Origin: Tubulanus polymorphus
Taxonomy: Eukaryota > Animalia > Nemertea
NCBI RefSeq assembly: GCF_964204645.1
Contig: NC_134035.1
Span: 11,192,451 to 11,256,450, forward strand
DNA: 64,000 bases
Direction of reading: 5' to 3'
The notes below the pieces were generated by a model. The model was not told the DNA's origin and ran no database searches. It saw nothing but the letters and a program-made list of their open reading frames with translations. The position numbers were made by a program, and so were the translations under genes. This document shows positions 49,914 through 64,000 of this stretch, one piece after another. Numbering within the stretch: position 1 is the stretch's first letter; every line of letters starts with the position of its first letter.

Positions 49914-52900
49914 TGACAGAACAACAGGTAAAAATCTATGATCATTTTATAGATAATAGATAAAAGCCGTGACCACACTGAGGCGATTTGGCCGGGGCCA
50001 AATTAGCACGGATCAGGCCCGAGCTAATGGCCCATGTCTGATTAGAGTCACTCACCTGACATTAAACAATGCATGAACAAAGGAAAGTGAGTCATTACCG
50101 GAACCAGTTGCAATTCACACGCGATCATTTAACCTGTACTAACATTTTTAAGTACAGACAGTCTGTTGGCTTGTACCGGGTCACCTGTAACCATATTAAA
50201 ACATAAATTTATTAATAACCATATTACAGTCAAACTCATTTGAGTCATCTTAGCTGGGATGATCATTATGTTAATGACTAATGACGACTTACTCTTAGTA
50301 AATTTATATTTTAATGTGACAATTTATCCGATGTTGACTGAACTGAGATTGACTATACCGGTATTTATATATGAATTACACCTGTGAACGATTCCGAAAT
50401 ACCTGCTTTTATTTTCAGGATAAAGCGAATGTGAAGTTGTAAATACAGTTGATGTTTGTTTTACTCGACCCTGGTGATATCTTATTACGTATAAACGATG
50501 AGGAACTGGTAAATTAAACGATCTCGCTAGAAAGCGCGCGCACGAAAGAATATTCTTCGTTCGTTACGAAGAGCCGATTTCCCAGTACGCGTCTGCAGAC
50601 CAGTTGTATTTTAAGATACCGTACCTGAATATACTGATCGGCTATATTGTCTACGGTGAACCCATAGTTCGCTTATCTTTAATTTAAAATCTACACTATC
50701 ATTCAGAGATCGATTTTAACTGAACTGCAGTAAACCTCGCCTGACTCGGACGAACTGGGACCGCGGCAGATTAGCCTGAGGTCAGCGAAGTCGGCGTTAA
50801 GGATTGGAAATACGTTAGGATGTCACAAAGATGATTTCGTTTTTATCCGAGATAGTGATAAGTTTCAGTTAGCCGTGTCTGAGGAGGGCGATGTTTACCG
50901 TATAAAAGTGATGATAGAATAGGTTTATGTAGATTGGGAAGGGTATAGCTATGCTTTGCTTGCTGTAACTGGAGACATCAGCATTGCCGGTTCCTCGTTG
51001 AATAAATTAAAATCCTTAGTTTGGCAGTTGTGTAGGAATGAAGAACGACATTGTGCAATACACATGTAATAATAACGACGCATGTGCTGACAGGTTCATG
51101 TATTGACATGTACCAATCAATGACATGTGCATGTATACGTATGTACATTATAGTTATACGCATGTTTGAATACTCGTTACTGTTTGTTTGTAAAGTTTAT
51201 TGTAGAAATGTTATACACCACGAATAATATATTATATGTATATTATATACGAATATGAATGAATGTCACAGAATTAAGAAGGGCATGCTCTTTGAAATTT
51301 CGACACCTTATGCAGACAGGGTATACCGGTAAAGCTATAGTTAGATACATCGCAATAAATATGCACGGTTAAACATGGTTAAATTTGGTTTGCAATAAGC
51401 AGCAGCTGCTTATTACAAACCAAATTACAACTTTTTTTTTCTTTTCAAATTAAGCACTTGAACACCCCCCCCCCCCATTTTCATCCCTAGATCTGTCCCT
51501 GTCTGCGGATGTCGAAATAAGTTGTGATCGCAAAGTTCGGTTGAGATATTCAATTTTTTCAAACTTTCAGTCTTAAGGATAACTTTTAGCTTTGTAGTCG
51601 TAGATAATCGGTCAGTATTTTAACGTGTGTCTTCGGTTCAGCTTTAATCATTACCTGTCGTATCAGGACCTAAACTTAAGTATTCCATTATTACTTTAAT
51701 GAAAAAGTTTCATTCCACGAAGAAAGGGAACAACAAACGTTCATCGCTTTCAAGTCATATCGCTGAACGTATTACTTTATTAATCGCCCTTATTTGGGGA
51801 ATATTTTAGCTTTAATGATAATTCGTTTGAAGGTTACAACTCACTGCCACGAATAAATGTAGATGAACAAGCGACTTTATTTATAACACAGGATCTCTGG
51901 TTCTGAAGTTGCGAGTCAGTTCTTCATTCTCAATTATTTAATTATAGACCAAGAGAACCATTCTCAATTCTAGACAAGAACTTTAAACCTGTATCTGATA
52001 TGTGTTTTTTACTGCCTAAATCATTTTTTGTGATGAAAACAGCTGAATTTCTTTAGTACCGCTCGATCGATTGATTGATCACCCATTTCCACGGTTCTGG
52101 GTTAGAATATTTCCACTGTTTTTGCTCGGTGATATTTTAACCCAGAATCGTGAAACCGGGTCAAGATTGGACGCGGAAGAAGTGGTTTTACTCTTTACCT
52201 CTAATACACTTTTGTTATTGATAATTTATAGTCTATAGGTCGCTTTATGTTAATTAGCACTCGTCATATGTATCTGTTTGACTAAGTCTGACTCTTATCA
52301 GTAAGTTGAATAACTATTCCTTCTGTGGAAGATGTTCCGATCAAACTTTCTCACACATTCCTAGGACGCCTTAAATGTCTATGTATAATTTCCGCTCATT
52401 TGAATGGTAATTATGGAGCGTTTTACAACTTATTCGGCGGCTGACTAGAAAATTATCCGGTTTCCGAGATCTATTCACGATCTAGAATTCCGATGTTACT
52501 GATATTGAAAATCATTCCGCGATAAACGTTTGTGTATCGTCGTCCCGGAGATAGATATCTGATGGGAGCATTTTTTTTTTGAAGCCATCAGGCATTTACT
52601 AAAGGTGCATGAATGAATACGAGCTTCGATGATTACCTGTGTTCGTAATTACGTATTGATTATTGATTATTGTGTGAATTTTATTGTGTGAATGTCTTCG
52701 TCAGTTATTGATATTGTCCGTTGAACTTTAAATAAATCAAAGAGTTGAGGTGCAGTACTTAAAACGGCCAGAGCGATTAAAGTGGAAAGTTGTTTGTGTG
52801 TGTATCGGGTTCGAGACTGTTTAGCCCTTAGAATGCAAGCCTAAATACAATAATACAAACTATATACAATTATAGCCGCGATCACACGGAGATGATTTGG

Positions 52901-55308
52901 CCTGAGTCAAACTGACGAGAGTCAAATTTGGCCTGTGTTTGATAAGAACGCGTGTTCACATGTAAATCACATATTCGTTACTGCAGTGCTATTGAAACGA
53001 TGCTCTGGCAAGCGAGGTGAGTTACCTCCACAACCAGTAAACATTTGCATCAAATAATTAGACAAATTTTAGCACGGGCCTGGTCTGACGCATTTTGTTG
53101 GGCCGAATTCAGCCCCTGTCAACCACGCATGGACCATTTGGCACTGGTGTGAAAGATTGGCCTGAGCCTAATATGGCTACAACCTTCATGTGATCACAAC
53201 TTGTGTATGAATTGTGGACTGTATAGAGTATTGGTTGTAGGCTCCTGTAGACATGATGTAAGCAGTTCTCATTCAATTTAAAACCGGCTTAACTTAGCCT
53301 AATATGGCTACAACCTTCATGTGATCACAACTTGTGTATGAATTGTGGAGGAATTACGCAGAAATCTGTTCTGAGCAGCGTACGATAAATTCCAGTTTGA
53401 ATCCAGATGAGACGAAGGCTCGGATGAAACCGATGCAGATTAAAGAAGTTTTACTCGTATAATTGAGTGTGATACCGTGGAGACTGTGAAAAAAAAAATA
53501 GTTGTCGAATTTATATTCTGTTAACGTTGTATTTCTCTTTGCTTGTGTAAGAGCACTTTCAATTCAATGCACTGTAATTAATATATATGTAAACCTTGTA
53601 GATATATCTATATTTATCAATCAATCGCATGATTTTAATGCTGTTTCATTTGACCAAAAAAATGTTCATCCATTCATAAGAATATTGCTTTTGCTGCAAA
53701 AAGTTTTGCCGTTTTGCAGGATTAAAATGGTGATATACGTAGTTCTGTGGCTTATCAAACACGGCCGGTTTCATAGTGGGTGTGATAGTTTTATATATGA
53801 GTTATAAGCAAGTATAGCATTGGGGTATGACCACGGTAAAATGAATGTTCACTAAGATTATATTATCACAATGCGAAACAGTGTAAAATGTTTCCTAGGG
53901 ATTTGCTCGACTCCAGAACTCTATTGCAATACGTATCTCTTGAACAGGATCCAGTTCCACAGTTGCGAGTTAAATATGAGTTAAAATCAGTTCATTTTCA
54001 ATGAGTTAAACTCATAAGTCAATTCTTTTCTAACAACTGTGGAGCTGGATTGTATCTATGAAACTGGTTGAAAGCTAATCGCGTATTCATAATGATTGTT
54101 TGTACCAAATGAAAAAAAATCGCTGTAAATGATGGACTTTTCAGCCTTCTTCTTGTTCATGCTACAAATATTTTTACCCTTTGAAGGTTGAACATAGATA
54201 TGTGTTATTCAGTTACCGGTTTTGGTGTCCCCCTCGCGCGCACGACTCGGGTTATTTGAAATTGCACAGTTGGCTCCAATTATTTCGTTGCACATTATTT
54301 GATAGAATTATTTATTTATTTATTGATTTGCTATTTAGTTATTAACTACAAAAGTAAACAGTCTGGTGTAGATATTTGTGTAGGCAGGCATACGCGGATT
54401 TATTTTCAAAAGATCTGATTATGACTATTGATAAATGGTCTTTTGTTTTTTCTTTTAATTTTCGTTTTTAAAATCTTTACTTTATTCTTACTGAGAGCGA
54501 CACCTTTTTCTGTTCTTTTCATCGAAATCTAATTTCACTATTATCGAAGTTTACGTCCGACGCAGACGCGTTCTCTTCATTTTATAAAAACGTATTCCGA
54601 ATTTTCTTTATTAATCAACTACATATATACACTACTAGAAATTAGGAGCCAGTCTTCGTATATTTATTGTAAAATATATTTACTGTATGGAAAGGACGAG
54701 ATGATTATATATATATATATATATATATTGTTTTAGGTTGACAGAAGATGGAAATAATTTCGCAATGATGATAAATTATTGAACGATGTATTTAAAGTCA
54801 AGTCAGACACGCATTACATTCGATTGAAAGCTTTTGTTGTATTATTATGTAATGTTATCCTAGTCAATAAAGTATCCAGTATATTTTTGAAGTTAAAAAT
54901 GGTTTCATATTGTTATTTTTTTGTGGAGTTGCGTTTTGCCATGGTGCCCACAGGTTTTAGAAAATGAGAATATGTTTCGAGGCCCTGGTAAAGCTACAGA
55001 TATTTTGATTTTCTCTATGGCTGTTGAAAAGGTATGGAAAATCAGCAAATGACCTCAAAATAAAGCCGAGTTTATCGGATCAGCGACTCGGGCGGAGTGT
55101 ACAGTACCATACATTAGTCTAGTTCCCAACTGTACCATCCAGCGACCTTTCCTGTCATCTAGAGATTGTTTATAAGTCCTTGGATTTCAAATTCAGACAA
55201 ACACAACAGTAGGGACTTCCGTGGTATAAAGTTGTATTTAAAAGCATGATTTCAAATTATAATACCATTAAGATTTGATAACATAATACAAATATGTTCA
55301 TGGTCCAG

Positions 55309-55361
55309 GGGCCAGTAGCTCAAAGGTTGGTTGAAGATAACCAACTTTGAGCAACTGGCCC
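55309..55361. mobile_element. 53-bp minimal Harbinger-like MITE
   Basis: Two TIRs almost abutting; CAG on both flanks. Confidence 0.7.
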
Positions 55362-56763
55362 CAGTTGCTTAATGTAAACCGGTGTTTATCAAATTTTCTA
55401 TTTCTACCTGACCTCCAATTAGAACTATCAACGAGAATCGACATGGAGGGTGTGCGGCGTTAGAAGTACAGTAATAGATGTCTTTTTTTAAAATAGGCCG
55501 GATTTTCAGTTCACCACGGCACTGCGAATTCATTTTCATCGCCACAAAACCCGGTGGATATTTTCCTAACTGCTCCGGCAAAACTTTTTTCTGATCCTTC
55601 AAAATAGCCCCATATTAATTTTACCCAGCTAAACCATTTCACTGGGGCCAGTTAGGCCAAACTGAAAATATGCGTAAGGTTTTGAAAAAGGCCTCTGTGT
55701 AGCATCTGAGACAATCTGAAGGGTCCATTTAATGAATAATTGATTAAACTTAACAACAAAGCAACTAGTTCATAATAGGACAGGTTAATTGTTCGATGTT
55801 CGATATCTGTACCTTATCAAATAGACATTTTACAATCGATAAATCAATGAAATTGAGACAAAAATGCTTATCATTTCTGAGACATTTGATGAAAGCTGCC
55901 ATTAAACTTTAAAACCCTAAAGTAAATAAACTAACACATGGAAGTAACACATAAACCGGTAGACAAGAGCGGAGCAAATATATTACAAAACTATGATACA
56001 GTTAAGATAAGACTAGGCTCAGATCATGTTTGAGAACTAACTACAGCCTCGTTTACACTTGCTTCTTACACCCGGGTTCTGCATCTACACAATACTAGAA
56101 ACACTGTTTCGAAGCAGAAGTTATCATAAAACCCGCCTTCTAGACACCCTTCTTGAAAAAGAAGGGTACACTCCGCATTAGATCTGCGTTCGTATCTGAC
56201 TCTGCATTTTTCTAGTGTAAACCCTCGTTCAACGTGGAGCATCTGAGCTCCACATTTGACCTTGAACTTGAATTACCGAGGTGGAGTTAAATGTAGACGC
56301 TACTCGCTGCGAAGAACCCGGGTTCAATGAGCTAGTGTAGACGTAGCTCAATGAATACAATAATGGCTTCGTTAGGATTATCAAATCAGAATATAAGTAA
56401 TTCGACAGCGGGTAGCTCAAATGCTTATGATAAACAAGTCACTTCAAGGCCACTCATTTTAATATATGATTAATGATGGTCACTATTCAGGAGAGGATCC
56501 AGGATTCTATCTGGAGGGGGTTCCAAATTTCATAAGGGCACTCACTATTATGGGAGAGGGCACTTTCTATGTCAAAATCCATGACGGGCACAGACTAATC
56601 ACGACGGTATTCCAGAACCCTCAGAACCCCTCCTCACTGGATCCGCCCCTGCTATTGCAGATCTTGGTCACTATATATAAGGTCTAGGGACATTTTCATG
56701 CTATAAAGGGACAGATAAATAACCATTCTGAGCAGGTTTAACCGGTGTCGTACGAAGCGACGG

Positions 56764-57507
56764 TCATTTTTTCGGCGTAAGCTCCGTATTTTCTTTCGCC
56801 GGCAGCGGCAAAAACCATTTATCGATCGTCGTGAATTGTTGCGTAACGTTTGCAACGTTCGTCGTCGGTTTCGCGACGGCCGTAGACGTCGACGTCGAGC
56901 AGATCAAGTCCCAGCCGCTTTTCTTCAACGCGATCGCCCACTCGAGTCGCGTTTTCGAGCCCTTCTCCATGAACACCTCCTCGACGTTACCCTCGCGCCA
57001 CGTGCGATAGAAACGCAACTTCGGCAACTCCTCGACGAACGGCGGCAGATCCATCAACATGAACAACGGACCCGTTAGACTAGTATTTATATGCCATCCC
57101 TTGTAGCATTCGATGTGATCTTTAACCTCGATGAATACGCCCGCCGTCTTATCGCGGCGTCGAACTTTCTTCGCGCGGTCCAAAACTTCGACGGCGTCGA
57201 TCAACGGCGGTATCTGATAGAAATCGGCCTCGTCGAGCAGCTGATCGAGTTCGCCGAAATCGTCCGGCACGTTCAGTTTGAACGTTCGCAGGTAGTTTAA
57301 CACGTAACGGAACAGTCGACCGTCGCGATCGATGAAATAGTTGCCGCGCGCGTCCAGCGTAGTCGGTATGTCGCCTTTGAACATGGCGCCGAGCATCGAA
57401 TCGGGAAACGCGGTAAGCGTCGATATCGTCGTCGTGTAGATCGTACCGCCGACGTTCAGATTGACGATTCCCCCGACACCAACTTCTTTCAGCGACGAAT
57501 CGCCCAT
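56764..57507 (-). CDS. BTB/POZ (T1) domain protein, KCTD6/KCTD21-like, intronless CDS (247 aa)
   Basis: LNVGGTIYTTTISTLTAFPDSMLGAMF...GNYFIDRDGRLFRYVLNYLRT...EADFYQI. Splice acceptor about 11 nt upstream of the ATG (near 57519) and a candidate 5'UTR donor near 57958. Confidence 0.92.
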   Translation of the reverse strand: MGDSSLKEVGVGGIVNLNVGGTIYTTTISTLTAFPDSMLGAMFKGDIPTTLDARGNYFIDRDGRLFRYVLNYLRTFKLNVPDDFGELDQLLDEADFYQIPPLIDAVEVLDRAKKVRRRDKTAGVFIEVKDHIECYKGWHINTSLTGPLFMLMDLPPFVEELPKLRFYRTWREGNVEEVFMEKGSKTRLEWAIALKKSGWDLICSTSTSTAVAKPTTNVANVTQQFTTIDKWFLPLPAKENTELTPKK

Positions 57508-57957
57508 CGTGTGTGAACCTGCTTAAATAACGTATCATATCATATCAGTTTTCTTTCATACACCTAATTAATAAATGATAGATAAGTTATATAATAAATC
57601 ATATTACCAAGGATACTGGGGTCGAAAACTTTTTGTGTCAGGCCCCTGTGGTGTGGGCCCTTGTGGATCGTGTACAATACTATAATACAAGGTCGGGCAA
57701 AGTTCGGGGTAAGTTCGGGGTGGCCTTTTTTATGAAGAAGATAGAGTAGCCTATTTTTTAGTTCAAAACAAATGATTAGTAGAGAATACTGACACTGTCA
57801 CCGACCGATCTAGCGCTAGGAGGAGGAGGCTATCTCCCTTCCTTTTCTAGTTGCTGTCATTCCTTATCATTTTATCGAGAAGCCCTTGAGACGAGTTGGC
57901 ATATGTCAATATTCGAAACGCGCTGCGACCTAGAGAACTAGAACTAACTTCAACTTA

Positions 57958-58249
57958 CCGTCCCGGCCAGATCCTGGCCGTCATGTGCTGCCCCTATCGT
58001 TGTGATAAGCGGTGAATTTTCGAACTAACTGAACTGGGCAATATTCCTACTGTGGCATGCGTGTAATGACTTAGTTCGCACATTCACCGTGAACGATATG
58101 CATAGAGGCAGCACTTTATGGTTAATTTACAAATTACAACTGTTCCGTGCAGTAGTTAGTCGGACTGCCACACGTCAACTTCCGCATCGCGATCTAAAAA
58201 TTTTTCCGGCATTTTTCCAGCTTCAAATTACATATTCTCAAGTAAAATA
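57958..58249. promoter_or_regulatory. Putative bidirectional promoter and 5'UTRs of the KCTD-like gene and ARL1
   Basis: Minus-strand donor (cg|gtaagt) near 57958 and the ARL1 ATG at 58250 are under 300 bp apart; ETS-like cttccg / ttccgg motifs near 58178 and 58204. Confidence 0.6.
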
Positions 58250-62391
<4,142 letters not shown>

Positions 62392-63332
62392 GTTGATTGA
62401 TGATTGCCGATGAACAACGTTAAAGAACATTTCACTGCTGCAGATTTGCCTCCATTTCATTTCGAATATTCATTCTCATTTTACATAAATACGTATAACA
62501 AGTTCAGTGCTGAAGTGCTAGAAATGGATCGTCTTAGAAGTTGAAACGGTGGTCAGATTTTGATCAATTCGACAAGAGAGGCTGGTCGAGGCATTGGGAC
62601 GCTTTCAAATATTTTCAGAAATTTCGTTCAGTCATGTATGGCAGTAACTTTACCACAATTTGTAAGTCGGTAGACTATAAATACCTGGTAGATGTTTAGG
62701 GAGGGAGGAACACATTTCAGTAACATTTGGTCACTTGAGAAATGTTTGTACTGTTGATTCTTCGAAGTGGATTCTTCATCAGCTTCAGCACTGAAGTCGT
62801 TTTTAACATACATTGGAACCTCGTTACAAGGAAGGAACTGGGACCAGAAAATCTTGTTTGTTACAACCCGATCTATAGGTCTTTTACTGTATATTCGCGT
62901 TGAAACTGGAGGTTTGCGATAACGGATACCGTCGATTGTTATAACGAGGTTCCACTGTAAAACAAATATAAAGCCCAACGCATGCAGCGCAACAGCGAAA
63001 TAACGTAGAAAAACATTTTGCTACGAAACACGTTTTTTAGCAAATCCGAAAACGTTTGGACAACCGTTCGTTCAACATAATTTGCTGTAATACATCAAAA
63101 GATAGGAGTACATGTGTATTTCTGGTTTTGCAGTGCTGCATGCATTTGGCTTCATCATCTCGTAACCTCAAGTCAGCAGCGATGTGCAGTTGGCCCGATG
63201 TGTTTATATCATTCATGAGATAACTATAAAATGTATCTATATTTCATGGTGGTTGATATATCAGTATGAATTTTTAATGTATAGTACATAACAAACATCA
63301 GAGCTTATTGAGAGTAAAATAGTCTCAGATTA

Positions 63333-63497
63333 GGGGTCATTCATTTATTACGTACGCATCAAGGGAGGGGGAGGGGTCAGTGCAATTGTGTACCGTAATG
63401 CTTAATGTATATGAAAAAATGGCCGATTTTGCATACAGAGGGGGAGGGGGGGTTGAAAAATTCAAATTTTATGCGTACGTAATAAATGAATGATCCC
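63333..63497. mobile_element. PIF/Harbinger-like MITE
   Basis: 27-bp TIRs (ggggtcattcatttattacgtacgcat, one mismatch) and a TTA duplication. Confidence 0.85.
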
Positions 63498-64000
63498 TTA
63501 TTTAATTGATTGTATCGTAAACTCCGCTTGCCTTGGATTTAGATAGCCAGTCTGAATAATTGGAGAAGGAAAAATCTGCCTGGGATATATGCATTATTGG
63601 AGGCCCCGTCGCTAGCGGAGTCAATGGTATTAGTGTACTGCGCTTGGATTTACCATCTATTCGTCAGTCATGACCAAGTGTATGTGCATGTTTTAAACTC
63701 TGTTGATGTACGCATTCCAGTTGAGGGCTCTTGTTTTGAATGAAAAACATAGGATTACAATTTATATGCCATTCAAAAGCGATTATAGTAATATATAAGA
63801 TGTATATTGCAATGTAAATAAATCTCTATTTAATTCCAATTTTCTTCTTTCGCTCTTTTCTAGTGGTTTTACTGTTCGCAATTGTAAACGCATTTGAATC
63901 CTGACTGATTTGGAGTCGCACGGTTATAGAAATATTTTGTGGCCATTGTTAACCCAAGCCTTCTACTTAACTATGACGTCTGATCGATGACCCATTTGGG

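Noticed and set aside
56836-57538. Overlapping alternative-frame and antisense ORFs on the KCTD gene
   Set aside because: Expected shadows of GC-rich coding sequence.

Overview
AT-rich animal genomic DNA. It is an invertebrate, possibly lophotrochozoan, but the species cannot be fixed from sequence alone. I assembled six protein-coding genes by hand from GT-AG exons: (1) the 3' part of a large uncharacterised coiled-coil/Ser-rich gene (+, <1-24112, about 29 exons); (2) a GT7-family beta-1,4-galactosyltransferase-like gene (+); (3) a MINDY1/2 deubiquitinase (-); (4) RUNDC1 (+); (5) a KCTD6/21-like BTB gene with an intronless CDS (-); (6) ARL1 (+). MINDY/RUNDC1 and KCTD/ARL1 are head-to-head pairs. 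Introns and spacers hold many non-autonomous DNA transposons (piggyBac-, PIF/Harbinger-, hAT- and Tc1/mariner-like), a 30 x 28-bp minisatellite and a fold-back 76-bp satellite. The most notable signals are minimal hammerhead-ribozyme motifs of the Penelope-like-element type, one inside a perfect 113-bp-arm intronic palindrome, and a GT7 enzyme with an unusual mix of active-site residues. No CRISPR, rRNA or tRNA gene is supported. Exon coordinates were counted by eye.
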